DNA of 64,000 nt from Patescibacteria group bacterium (GTDB lineage Bacteria > Patescibacteriota > Minisyncoccia > UBA6257 > 1-14-0-10-40-38), in the NCBI GenBank assembly GCA_038064975.1, contig JBBTRX010000002.1, forward strand, positions 880-64,879, read 5' to 3'. A program made the translations under genes and the position numbers. Shown piece by piece: positions 36,696 through 45,405 of this stretch (position 1 is its first letter; each line of letters starts with the position of its first letter). The notes beneath the pieces are model-generated. The model had not been told where the DNA came from. It did no database searches and saw nothing but the letters and a program-made list of their open reading frames with translations.

Positions 36696-36724
36696 GTATA
36701 AGGGCGCTCGGATATTTCATGCAA
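36696..36724 (-). promoter_or_regulatory. sigma70-like promoter (TTGCAT-N17-TTATAC) placing the alaS transcription start within a few nt of its ATG (leaderless or near-leaderless)
   Basis: Minus-strand TTGCAT gaaatatccgagcgccc TTATAC tgcattt ATG; overlaps the first 12 codons of the longer ORF-track frame, which argues for the downstream start. Confidence 0.4.
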
Positions 36725-36730
36725 GAATTA

Positions 36731-36772
36731 ATGAAAAGAGCCCGCGTTCCACTTCGTGTGGAATGCGGGCTC
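36731..36772 (-). terminator. rho-independent terminator (15-bp stem, UUCGU loop, U-tract) for the 36793..37056 gene, abutting the alaS promoter
   Basis: GAGCCCGCATTCCAC-acgaa-GTGGAACGCGGGCTC followed by TTTTCATT on the minus strand. Confidence 0.55.
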
Positions 36773-36792
36773 GGTAGACGGCGATAATGTTC

Positions 36793-37056
36793 CTACGGAA
36801 CGACCTCGATACTCTGGAGTGCTTTGCGCTCGACACTGCCATGAGTAGGATGAATGTGCCACTCATCTTCGTTAACGGCACGCATATTCACGTCATTATT
36901 CCCAGGAGGACTCGTAATGACGAGATTCGGGCCTTGCTGCATCCCCAGCAGATTAGCTGCCCCATGAGCATCAAGCTCAAGTGTCATGCGCACTTTCTGC
37001 GAGTTTTTAAGAGCGGCATCAATCGCTTCCACGATCTTGTCTTTTGCGACTTCCAT
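36793..37056 (-). CDS. hypothetical small protein (87 aa)
   Basis: Start at Met MEVAKDKIVEAIDAAL preceded by AAAGGAG 8 nt upstream; own terminator; no family recognised. Confidence 0.35.
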   Translation of the reverse strand: MEVAKDKIVEAIDAALKNSQKVRMTLELDAHGAANLLGMQQGPNLVITSPPGNNDVNMRAVNEDEWHIHPTHGSVERKALQSIEVVP

Positions 37057-37284
37057 GGTTTGTAAAAAACTCCTTTCTACTTCCGTTTCCTTGGTGCGAA
37101 CTTGCGAGGATTGAACGTGATCGCAAGTATGAGCGCCACGAGAACCAAACCCGCAGTCACGAAGATCAAGATTTCCGTTGTCAGAGAGGACATGTGAAAG
37201 TACTTTCAGGTAACGCACTGGATCATTCCAGCGTTATTTTGATTATAACGTATTAAATACAATATGTCAATATTAGTTACAGAA

Positions 37285-37322
37285 ACAAAAACCGCCCTAC
37301 CTCTCAAAAGAGATGTGGCGGT
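37285..37322 (-). terminator. rho-independent terminator for 37340..37657
   Basis: Minus strand CCGCCACATCTC-tttt-GAGAGGTAGGGCGG followed by TTTTTG. Confidence 0.5.
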
Positions 37323-37339
37323 TGTGGGAACTAAATCGC

Positions 37340-37657
37340 CTATGCGACGATTTCAATCGCTTCCAAAGCACGGGTCATACGGCCAAGAAACATAATTTCG
37401 GCAGAAACAGGATTGTCATGGAAACTCTGAGCGAGTTCCACGATAACGTTCCTATCATCACCATCACGCCAAAGCTTCTTTACCGAAACAGCGGCCAAAC
37501 GCATGACATCATACTCCGTAATCACAAGAAGGTCCTGATTAACCATATCAAGAATGAAGTCAGTTTCGTGAACCGCTTCTTCTCTGAATCTGATTTTGAG
37601 CTTCCCAGAACCTAACGATGCTGCACGTAATGTCCTACTTACTTCAAGAGGATTCAT
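37340..37657 (-). CDS. hypothetical protein (105 aa) co-oriented downstream of rpoD
   Basis: Start at Met MNPLEVSRTL with AAGGAG 9 nt upstream; own terminator; no family recognised. Confidence 0.4.
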   Translation of the reverse strand: MNPLEVSRTLRAASLGSGKLKIRFREEAVHETDFILDMVNQDLLVITEYDVMRLAAVSVKKLWRDGDDRNVIVELAQSFHDNPVSAEIMFLGRMTRALEAIEIVA

Positions 37658-37725
37658 AAACCTGACGCTCCTTTCTTGTGTAAGAGCCACCCACATCCTA
37701 GAGAAGCGACAATGCTTTGTCAAAA

Positions 37726-37767
37726 CAAAAACCGCCTGCACCCTAAAAGGGGGTAGACGGTTTTTTA
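37726..37767. terminator. terminator hairpin downstream of rpoD (T-runs on both strands)
   Basis: AACCGCCTGCACCC-taaaa-GGGGGTAGACGGTT with flanking A/T runs; imperfect stem. Confidence 0.45.
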
Positions 37768-37794
37768 TTGCTAGTTGTCGGTCGCAAGTCTCTT

Positions 37795-39066
37795 CTAGTA
37801 ACCTTCCAACATATGAGACTTTCCGTGTTCGCGAATCTTCGCGAGCGCCTTTGCTTCAATTTGGCGGATACGTTCGCGTGTAACTCCAAATTTCTGCCCT
37901 ACTTCTTCTAACGTGTGTGTCACACCATCATCAAGTCCAAAACGCATTTTTAAAATATCCTGTTCGCGTTCCGAAAGGTCAACTAAAATTTCGCGGATTT
38001 TTTCCCGTAACAGTCCTTGTGAAGCAATCTGCGAAGGAGAAAGATTTTTTTCGTCCGGAATAAATTCCGTAAGGAGAGAATCTTCATCGTCATCCCCTAC
38101 GGGCGATTCCAAAGAAACAACTTCTTGGGAGATCTTTTGGATGTGATGGATCTTTTGGACCGGCACGCCCATTTCAACCGCGATTTCCTCTGCGAGAGGG
38201 TCTCTGCCCAATTCCTGCATTAGTCGGCGTTTCGCCTGCGTGTACTTCGCGATCGTTTCCACCATGTGGACAGGAATACGAATTGTGCGCGATTGGTCCG
38301 CAAGGGCGCGGGTAATTGCCTGGCGGATCCACCATGTCGCATACGTTGAAAATTTAAATCCGCGGCGATAATCAAATTTATCTACCGCACGAGAAAGCCC
38401 AATGTTTCCTTCTTGGATAAGATCCAAAAGTCCGAGATTCGGTGAACGATTCACATATCGTTTTGCTATGGAAACAACGAGACGCAAGTTCGCCTGAATA
38501 AATTTTCTCCGCGCTTCTTCGTCGCCCGCTTCAATGCGCTTTGCGAGATCTTTTTCGTCCTGCTGTTTTAAGAGCGGCGTTTTCCCGATTTCACGTAAAT
38601 ACATCTGTACAGAGTCCGGAAGCTCTTCTACTCCTGGAATCTTCATTGCATCCTGAAGTTCCTTTTCAGAAATCTCTTCTTTGGAGGCAACATCAATAAG
38701 CTGGCTCGTCTCTACAACTTTAATATCCGCTTTTTCCAGCGAATCATAAATCTCTTCTAAAAAATTAATATTTTCCTCAATGTGAGGGAAAAATTGGAGC
38801 ACCTCGCTGTCGGTCACAAATCCACGACCTCTTCCGCGCTCAATCAACTCTTCCAGCATCTGCATGTTGATCGCCTCCTTCTTCCCTACTTTTCCTTTTC
38901 CGGCACCATTTTTTTTGAGTCTATTCTGTCCCGTACCACGGACAGCACTTTTTTTTGCGCCCGAAGATCCTTTTTTATCCGTCTTTTTTACAGTCCCCTT
39001 TCTTTTAGAAACAGGTAATTTCGCCGGAGGAGTCCTCCGTTTGGTTTTTATGGTGCTTTTCTTCAT
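37795..39066 (-). CDS. rpoD: RNA polymerase sigma factor RpoD (sigma-70) with basic Lys/Gly-rich N-terminal extension
   Basis: 423 aa; regions 1.2-4.2 recognisable (region 2.4/2.3 ..[37 protein letters not shown].., region 4.2 ..[20 protein letters not shown]..); first about 70 aa are K/R/G-rich instead of an acidic region 1.1. Confidence 0.9.
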   Translation of the reverse strand: MKKSTIKTKRRTPPAKLPVSKRKGTVKKTDKKGSSGAKKSAVRGTGQNRLKKNGAGKGKVGKKEAINMQMLEELIERGRGRGFVTDSEVLQFFPHIEENINFLEEIYDSLEKADIKVVETSQLIDVASKEEISEKELQDAMKIPGVEELPDSVQMYLREIGKTPLLKQQDEKDLAKRIEAGDEEARRKFIQANLRLVVSIAKRYVNRSPNLGLLDLIQEGNIGLSRAVDKFDYRRGFKFSTYATWWIRQAITRALADQSRTIRIPVHMVETIAKYTQAKRRLMQELGRDPLAEEIAVEMGVPVQKIHHIQKISQEVVSLESPVGDDDEDSLLTEFIPDEKNLSPSQIASQGLLREKIREILVDLSEREQDILKMRFGLDDGVTHTLEEVGQKFGVTRERIRQIEAKALAKIREHGKSHMLEGY

Positions 39067-39075
39067 AAGCTGAAT

Positions 39076-40896
39076 TCAGGAATTATAAATCTCTTTAGAG
39101 ATGAGGTCAAATTCTGCGGAGATTCGCTGAAATTCCGCAAGTGCCTCCTGGAGAGCCTTTTCGTCATGGGCCGCCTCTGCTTCCCGTATGCGCGCTTGGA
39201 TCCTTTCCCGCTCAAGACGCATATGCTCTTTCTTTACATGTGCAGTTAAATCCGTAAGTTCCTTTTCCGCATCTTTTTCATCAACGGGGATAAGCCCGGC
39301 CTTGAGTGATGCCTCATCTAGTACAGCTCTCGCATCGGGACGGAGCATATCCATAGATGTTTTACCCGCAAGTGCGAAGAGCGCCTCCTGATATTTTGCG
39401 GGGAGGAAATTAACGAGTAAAGCAATTTTGGTCCTAGCTGCCTCGTTTGCAGAAGCAAGCGTAATCAACCGTTCCGCGATGAGCTCGTGGCGATTCAATG
39501 GCTCTCTCGGAGTAGATTGAGAGGGAGTAGTATTCCCCTCACTCGGTTTCTTTGTTTTAGACTTAATTGATTTCAAGTCACCAAACAACGCTTCTTCCGG
39601 AAATCCTGAAAATTTTGAAAGTTCTTGAATCCAGTACGCACGCTCCACTTGGCTTTCTATGGGATCAATTTTTTCAAGTACTGATCGTATAGAACGCTTT
39701 TTCTCTGTAATATCCGCATTCTTCATTATCCCGTACCGCTCAAAATAAAATCTCATAGCAGGAACCCCTTGAGTGACGAGTGTTACGGCTGATGCCGGAT
39801 TCTCTAATACAAGATCCGCTGGGTCTTTAGCCGTACCGCCTAGGGCATGGATTACAGTTACGGAGAAATCTTGATGGTGTGCCAGATCAATCGCACGTTC
39901 CGTAGCCGCTTTGCCGGCTTCATCAGCGTCAAAGAAAATTGTAAGAGCATCCGCTATTTTTCGAATCGGCTTTAAATGATCGGGAGTAAGCGCCGTCCCG
40001 GAAGTCGCAACAACATTTCTTACGCCTGCTTGCCAGAGCATTAAGAAATCCATTTGCCCTTCAACGAGCAGAGATGATTTTGCTTCCCGAATTCCTGCCT
40101 TCGCTTTAAAAAATCCAAAAAGGAGTTTTGATTTTTGGAAAATCGGAGTCTCGGGCGAATTCACATACTTGGCCACCGAAGCTCCGCTCTGCGAAGCGGA
40201 GGCGGCTTTGGCACCCTCATGGCCCTCAGCATGCTCTGCTTCTTCAGAAGGGATGACACGACCAGTAAACCCAACGACTTTCCCAAAATGATTATGAATC
40301 GGAAACATAACTCTACCCCGAAAACGATCCCAATAGGTACCGCGATCTGTTTTAAAAACAAATCCCGCTGTTTCAATATCACGCATAGAAAATCCTGCTG
40401 ACCCAAGATGGCGCGCCAAGGCATCCTGCGTATTCGGAGCAAAACCAACTTCAAACGTTTGTATCGTTTCATTCGCAAGCCCTCGGCCCGCAAGATATTT
40501 CCGAACAGATTCCGCGGCCGCGGTCTCACTTTGGAGCGTATTTTTAAAAAAATCTTTTGCTGCGCGATTTACATCATAGAGCACGGCGTAATGCCGCTCG
40601 TCCGTTGTTCCTTCTGTACGCACGTCTATACCCGCACGCTCACCTAAAATCTTCAATGCTTCTAGAAATTCAATATTTTCATATTGCATGACAAAACTAA
40701 TCACGTCCCCGCCCTGACCGCATCCAAAGCAATGCCAGGAACCGCGATCAGGCGAAACGATAAATGAAGGGGTTTTCTCTTTATGAAAAGGGCAGCGTGC
40801 CCGAAAATTCTTTCCCGCAGGGGTAAGTTCAATATATCCGCGGACAATATCCGCGATATCCAAACGCTCTTTAATAAGTTCTGCTGTGCCAGCCAT
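39076..40896 (-). CDS. dnaG: DNA primase
   Basis: about 607 aa from Met MAGTAELIKERLDIADIV; CHC2 zinc finger CPFHKEKTPSF..HCFGCGQGGD, TOPRIM domain (..LVEGQMDFLMLWQAG..); dnaG-rpoD adjacency as in the macromolecular-synthesis operon. Confidence 0.85.
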   Translation of the reverse strand: MAGTAELIKERLDIADIVRGYIELTPAGKNFRARCPFHKEKTPSFIVSPDRGSWHCFGCGQGGDVISFVMQYENIEFLEALKILGERAGIDVRTEGTTDERHYAVLYDVNRAAKDFFKNTLQSETAAAESVRKYLAGRGLANETIQTFEVGFAPNTQDALARHLGSAGFSMRDIETAGFVFKTDRGTYWDRFRGRVMFPIHNHFGKVVGFTGRVIPSEEAEHAEGHEGAKAASASQSGASVAKYVNSPETPIFQKSKLLFGFFKAKAGIREAKSSLLVEGQMDFLMLWQAGVRNVVATSGTALTPDHLKPIRKIADALTIFFDADEAGKAATERAIDLAHHQDFSVTVIHALGGTAKDPADLVLENPASAVTLVTQGVPAMRFYFERYGIMKNADITEKKRSIRSVLEKIDPIESQVERAYWIQELSKFSGFPEEALFGDLKSIKSKTKKPSEGNTTPSQSTPREPLNRHELIAERLITLASANEAARTKIALLVNFLPAKYQEALFALAGKTSMDMLRPDARAVLDEASLKAGLIPVDEKDAEKELTDLTAHVKKEHMRLERERIQARIREAEAAHDEKALQEALAEFQRISAEFDLISKEIYNS

Positions 40897-40996
40897 AAGG
40901 TTAAGAAAGTACCTTATATATACCACATTTACACCCCAAAAGCCCTAAATGAGGAGAACTTGCACTTTTGCCTGATATACCGTAAACTCTTTCGGT

Positions 40997-41269
40997 ATGA
41001 GAAATTGCGCTCACTGCCAAAAAACATCAGCAATGGGAGGAACGCGGAAATTGCTTCGCGGCCATTACAATCCCACCAATTGGAGTCGGAAATATCCAAA
41101 CCTCCAGAAATCACGCCTTCCGAACGGAAAACGCGCGCTTTTGTGCACCCAGTGCATGAGAACCTTCGCACGAGACGCCAATAAAAAAGGTTTAGTAAAA
41201 ACCGCACCGCATATAACAACTCTTGCGCCCGCCGAAGAAAATAAGAATCTAGAAAAAGCAGTAGCATAA
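40997..41269 (+). CDS. rpmB: 50S ribosomal protein L28 (C4 zinc-ribbon type), tentative
   Basis: 90 aa; CAHC..(41 aa)..CTQC cysteine pairs and ..RGHYNPT..KYPNLQK.. resembling the L28 motif (..SH..R.T.R...PNLQ..); divergently transcribed from dnaG; strong terminator follows. Confidence 0.55.
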   Translation: MRNCAHCQKTSAMGGTRKLLRGHYNPTNWSRKYPNLQKSRLPNGKRALLCTQCMRTFARDANKKGLVKTAPHITTLAPAEENKNLEKAVA

Positions 41270-41296
41270 AAAAGCGCGTAATACGCGCTTTTTTGT
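41270..41296 (+). terminator. rho-independent terminator of rpmB
   Basis: AAAAGCGCGTA-ata-CGCGCTTTTTTG, perfect 8-bp stem plus T6. Confidence 0.7.
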
Positions 41297-41390
41297 TGCG
41301 GTACTCCAAGAAAAACGATATGCTCGTCATAGCAATAAGAGATAGTTCTTAGCATTCCATTGTTATGAATAGCTTAGGAAGAGTGTTATA

Positions 41391-41464
41391 CGGAGTGTAG
41401 TATAGTGGCAGTACGCAAGGCTGGGGGTCTTGTAGCCCGGGTCCGATTCCCGGCACTCCGACCA
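41391..41464 (+). tRNA. tRNA-Pro (anticodon GGG), CCA encoded
   Basis: Acceptor CGGAGTG/CACTCCG, D stem GTAT/GTAC, anticodon stem CAAGG/TCTTG with loop CTGGGGG, T-arm CCGGG-TCCGATT-CCCGG, discriminator A then CCA. Confidence 0.75.
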
Positions 41465-41503
41465 CTGTTACATTGTTAATGATACTAGTAATAAAGAACG
41501 ATT

Positions 41504-42244
41504 ATGAAAAAAATCACCATAGGCGCACTATTTCTCGGAATCGCCGTTGTAGCCGGAATATCTCTCTTCAATACGGATATTTTTAAATCTGAAGCAGAAA
41601 TTGACCTTCCACTTGGCGCAGATGTTTCGGAGACGATAGAAAAAGATTCGGAATCCGAAATACCAGGCTTCTTTATGACAGACATTCCTTTTATTTCCCA
41701 AGCGCCCCTCCTTGATTGGAGCTGGCCATTCAAAACCTCTTGCGAAGAAACTTCGCTTCTCATGGCACATAAATATCTCACTGGAGAAGCGATAACGCCC
41801 GAGACATCACAGGCAGAGATCCTTGCTATCGTTGATTTTGAAAAAGAAAACTATACCATCTCGAGCGGAAGCGCCGCCGCTCAAATTGCTCGACTTGCAC
41901 GCGATTACTTTAAATTTGATGCAGAAGTCCGCTACGATATAACACTGGACGATATCAAGCGCGAAATGGTCGCTGGCAATCTCGTTCTCATCCCAACCGC
42001 TGGCCGCGAACTCCAGAACCCCTACTTCAAATCCCCCGGCCCCATTTATCACATGGTTATCATGAAAGGATATACGCCGACTGGATTCATCGTGAATGAA
42101 CCGGGCACGCGGTATGGCGCTGACTACGTGTATTCAAATGAAATTTTGGAACAAGCGATACGCGACGTCACGATGAAGGATTGGGATGTTCCTATCGCTG
42201 TAACTAATAGAACCGCGATGGTAGTTATTAATGTAAATAAATAA
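41504..42244 (+). CDS. secreted/membrane-anchored peptidase C39-like domain protein (tentative)
   Basis: 246 aa; N-terminal signal anchor MKKITIGALFLGIAVVAGISLF; ..FISQAP..W..CEETSLLMA.. resembles the Cys-containing motif of C39-like (PF13529-type) papain-fold proteins; by pattern only. Confidence 0.45.
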   Translation: MKKITIGALFLGIAVVAGISLFNTDIFKSEAEIDLPLGADVSETIEKDSESEIPGFFMTDIPFISQAPLLDWSWPFKTSCEETSLLMAHKYLTGEAITPETSQAEILAIVDFEKENYTISSGSAAAQIARLARDYFKFDAEVRYDITLDDIKREMVAGNLVLIPTAGRELQNPYFKSPGPIYHMVIMKGYTPTGFIVNEPGTRYGADYVYSNEILEQAIRDVTMKDWDVPIAVTNRTAMVVINVNK

Positions 42245-42257
42245 TACTTAAAAAACT

Positions 42258-42824
42258 ATGCTTAAAATTGGAGACTCATTACCAGCAAAGCTTTCTACTG
42301 CCGCATTTCAGAATGATAAGGAAATAAAAATTGATTTTGATAAATATCGAGGAAAGTGGCTCGCTATCATCTTTTATCCTGCGGATTTCACATTCGTTTG
42401 CCCAACCGAATTAGAAGAAGCGGCTCATTTGTATCCAGAATTTAAAAAACTTGGCGCAGAAGTAATGTCAGTTTCTACGGACACGGTATTCGTCCACAAA
42501 GCTTGGCACGATCACTCCCCTGCTATTAAGAAAATAAAATTTCCCATGCTTGCCGATCCTACGGGAAAGCTATGCCAACTCTTCGGAACCTACATAGAAG
42601 AAGAAGGACTCTCCCTCCGTGGAAGCTTTCTTATTAACCCTGAAGGTAAACTGGTAGTAATGGAAATCAATCACAATGACATCGGACGCAATGGCAAAGA
42701 ATTACTCCGCAAGCTTCAAGCCGCAAAATTTGTAAATGAACATAAAGGGCTTGTATGTCCCGCAAGCTGGGAGCCAGGCAAGAAAACATTAAAGCCAGGC
42801 ATGGATTTGGTTGGCGAGATATAG
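42258..42824 (+). CDS. peroxiredoxin (typical 2-Cys, AhpC/TSA family)
   Basis: 188 aa; peroxidatic Cys in FTFVCPTE and resolving Cys in VCPASW; thioredoxin fold. Confidence 0.9.
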   Translation: MLKIGDSLPAKLSTAAFQNDKEIKIDFDKYRGKWLAIIFYPADFTFVCPTELEEAAHLYPEFKKLGAEVMSVSTDTVFVHKAWHDHSPAIKKIKFPMLADPTGKLCQLFGTYIEEEGLSLRGSFLINPEGKLVVMEINHNDIGRNGKELLRKLQAAKFVNEHKGLVCPASWEPGKKTLKPGMDLVGEI

Positions 42825-43038
42825 CTCCGACATCTCTCACAAGAACCGGCGTTGCTCATACTCCAGCGGTATGAGCCCGCCTGCCTCTCGTGCTCGCGAC
42901 TCTCACGAGACCAAGCTCGCTCGCACTCCGAGAACTTCTTGTAGAGAGATATCCTCGCTTAGATGTCTAAAGGTAAACTCGCTTGTAGTGTTGTGAGGCA
43001 ATAAACGGCTCAGGGGTGCGTGAGTTGTTTCTATAAAA

Positions 43039-43067
43039 ATTGACAAATATATCTTCTTATGCTAATA
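43039..43067 (+). promoter_or_regulatory. consensus sigma70 promoter (TTGACA-N17-TAATAT) of high-GC cassette 2, immediately followed by a GC hairpin plus T-run
   Basis: TTGACA aatatatcttcttatgc TAATAT; then GGACCG-gcgtt-GCGGTCC CTTTTT at 43071..43096 (possible attenuator or leader structure); AGGAG 7 nt before the ATG at 43151. Confidence 0.5.
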
Positions 43068-43150
43068 TAAGGACCGGCGTTGCGGTCCCTTTTTAGGACC
43101 ATCCAACGACAGAAGCCCTCTTTGAAAACTACACAAGAAAGGAGCGCGTC

Positions 43151-44272
43151 ATGGCGCAACCCTGTCACACGATCGCATCACACCACAGATCCCACTGGGA
43201 TGAAGTGGTGGCACGCGTCATCTTCCAGAAATACGGAGACCATCTCTTCCCAGGAGCAAGCGAAGCCAAGCTCGTCTTCTGGAAAAACGGTGATACTCCC
43301 GACGGGAGACCCGCAAGCGCATGGGAAGCCGAAGGAGTGATTCCCATCGGAGTCGGCCATGGCCGCTTCGACGAACACCTCGCGACTGGCGGTCGCATTC
43401 CGAAAGAATGCGCAACAACGCTCGTTGTCAAAGCATTTGGTATCTTCGATGGCTCCTCTCCGGAGTTCTATCGATTGATTCTCTTCACGCTAGCAACGGA
43501 CGAAGGCCCCGCACAGCATCCCTTCGACGTTTCCGGTGTCCTGAAGGCGATTCACAAACGCCATCCGGAAAACCCCGAGATCGGAGACTCATGGGCAGTG
43601 GAAGCCGTTCATGTCATCCTCACACCGAAAGGTGAATCTTTCGTCAATCTCGGAGCAATGCTCCGCGAGATGAGCATCGACGCCTCATCGCACGAGAAAC
43701 TGGTGCGATTCGCAAAACGAGTCGACACCCAGCCGCCCGAGAAACCGGACCATCCCTTTGACATCATGGCTATCTCACGGAAGATGCCTGATGCAGAAGC
43801 GAGAATCTGGCTCACGACAGCACTCGTCGCACTTCGCGACGGTCAACTGGAATTTACCGGAAGTGCGATTGAGTTCGCTCGCCACGCTACCATCCTGGAA
43901 GTGGATATCGGAAAACGTTTCCCGTTCCGCATCGCAACGATCGAATCGGAAAACGAACGGATCGCCTCGTTCGCCCGCAGCTCTCTCGGCTGTGAAGCAG
44001 CGATCGTGATCCAACGGCATCCGCGAAGCGGCATCACGCAGATCTCCACCGATCATCGCAAGGTGATGCAAGAACTGGCGGACGAGATCGCAAGATCAGT
44101 GATCGCTGCGGAACCGCAAGATGGCGGGCAGTGGTATTACCACGAAAAAGCTCGCGCCGTCTTGAACGGAAGCAGTTCACACCCAGACGTCACACCTTCC
44201 CAGCTTTCGCTCGATACGATCCAAGAGATCGTCGAGAGAGTCGTAAAGGCAAGCTCCCGCAAGTCTGCCTAA
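43151..44272 (+). CDS. hypothetical protein encoded in high-GC island 2 (possible UPF0160/MYG1-like metal-dependent hydrolase, tentative)
   Basis: 373 aa; GC by eye about 55%; N-terminal His/Asp-rich motifs TIASHHRSHWDEV and IGVGHGRFDEH resemble the H.G.FH.DE / H.YDHH metal-site motifs of the MYG1 family; length fits; untested. Confidence 0.45.
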   Translation: MAQPCHTIASHHRSHWDEVVARVIFQKYGDHLFPGASEAKLVFWKNGDTPDGRPASAWEAEGVIPIGVGHGRFDEHLATGGRIPKECATTLVVKAFGIFDGSSPEFYRLILFTLATDEGPAQHPFDVSGVLKAIHKRHPENPEIGDSWAVEAVHVILTPKGESFVNLGAMLREMSIDASSHEKLVRFAKRVDTQPPEKPDHPFDIMAISRKMPDAEARIWLTTALVALRDGQLEFTGSAIEFARHATILEVDIGKRFPFRIATIESENERIASFARSSLGCEAAIVIQRHPRSGITQISTDHRKVMQELADEIARSVIAAEPQDGGQWYYHEKARAVLNGSSSHPDVTPSQLSLDTIQEIVERVVKASSRKSA

Positions 44273-44412
44273 ACGACTCGCTACAGAACCCCAAAGCCAA
44301 TCGGCGGTGGGGTTCTTCTTTTTTTCATAAGGATAATATTATGATAAAATGATGATTAATAGTATTTTCTCCACTATACCCCAGTCGCTAGTGGCTCAAC
44401 CTTATCTGATTC

Positions 44413-44982
44413 ATGTACGAACCAAAAAAATACGATCACCTTATCGGAACGCCGGGATTTAGTAATACGCTTCTCGCCAACCATTTCACGCTCTACGAAG
44501 GATACGTAAAAAACGTAAATACGCTTCTTGAGAAGCTAAAGAGTATAGAACCAAGCCCGGAAGCAAGCGAGCTTAAGCGCCGATTTGGATGGGAATGGAA
44601 TGGTATGCGTCTCCACGAATACTATTTTGGAAATATGACTCGGGAAGCGCAACAAGCAACAAGTGACTCACAACTGACAACAAAATTAAAAGAACAGTTT
44701 GGAAGCGTAGATGCTTGGGAGAAAGATTTCCGCAATACTGGCGCTATGCGCGGCATCGGCTGGACCATGTTAGTGCACGATCGATCAGCAAAGAAACTAA
44801 TGAATGTATGGGTTACAGAACATGATATGGGACACCTTGCCGGAACAGAACCTATTCTCGTGCTAGATGTCTTTGAACATGCATATATCACCGACTATGG
44901 CATTAAACGCGCAGACTACATTGAATCGTTTATGAAAGCCATTAATTGGCAAGAAACAGAGCAACGATTCAGAAATAGTTAA
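44413..44982 (+). CDS. superoxide dismutase, Fe/Mn family (divergent N-terminal domain)
   Basis: 189 aa; metal-ligand context conserved: ..ANHFTLYEGYV.. (His), ..RLHEYYF.. (His), DVFEHAYI (Asp/His of the DVWEHAYY motif). Confidence 0.72.
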   Translation: MYEPKKYDHLIGTPGFSNTLLANHFTLYEGYVKNVNTLLEKLKSIEPSPEASELKRRFGWEWNGMRLHEYYFGNMTREAQQATSDSQLTTKLKEQFGSVDAWEKDFRNTGAMRGIGWTMLVHDRSAKKLMNVWVTEHDMGHLAGTEPILVLDVFEHAYITDYGIKRADYIESFMKAINWQETEQRFRNS

Positions 44983-45007
44983 CCAGTGAAAGAGTTGATA
45001 AGCTGAA

Positions 45008-45036
45008 AGAAAAAAGACCCCTCGTGAGAGGGGTCT
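45008..45036. terminator. terminator hairpin AGACCCCTC-gtga-GAGGGGTCT with A-run/T-run (serves the minus-strand gene 45055..45300; possibly bidirectional)
   Basis: 9-bp GC-rich stem; on the minus strand followed by TTTTTTC. Confidence 0.5.
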
Positions 45037-45054
45037 CTATATATTGAATATTTT

Positions 45055-45300
45055 CTATAGAAGTTTCTTAAAATCAAGATGTTGAGAGATTGTACATCTT
45101 CCCGGACAACCATCTGTTGGACACCAAATACCAACCATTTCTGATTGAGGGATAGAGCTAGAAAGACTAGCTGGAGTCCAATCAACTCTATCTTCTTCTT
45201 CAAGAATAAATTTTGTTTCGCAACATTCGCAAACACACTCCCTTCCAATCCACCATTTTTTAGTCGGCTGAGGTAATGACCCTTGTTTCAGGATCTTCAT
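45055..45300 (-). CDS. small Cys-rich protein (81 aa), possible zinc-ribbon
   Basis: Cys clusters CVCECC and CPTDGCPGRC; own terminator; no family recognised. Confidence 0.35.
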   Translation of the reverse strand: MKILKQGSLPQPTKKWWIGRECVCECCETKFILEEEDRVDWTPASLSSSIPQSEMVGIWCPTDGCPGRCTISQHLDFKKLL

Positions 45301-45405
45301 GGAGAGACTCCTTAGTGTGAGAGAAAAACGTCCTACACACGAGCATAAACCCGTTTTAATATTTAATCAAACTCCTACCCTATACCCTAGTGGCTAACCC
45401 CTATT

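Noticed and set aside
40929-41330. 133-aa minus-strand ORF antisense to rpmB
   Set aside because: The plus-strand frame encodes a recognisable zinc-ribbon L28-like protein with its own strong terminator; the antisense frame has no features.
100-42960. Apparent similarity between GC-rich segments near 100..140 and 42880..42940 (GCGAGC/GCTCGC repeats) as a dispersed repeat family
   Set aside because: Similarity is limited to short low-complexity GCGAGC-type runs; no extended alignment by eye.
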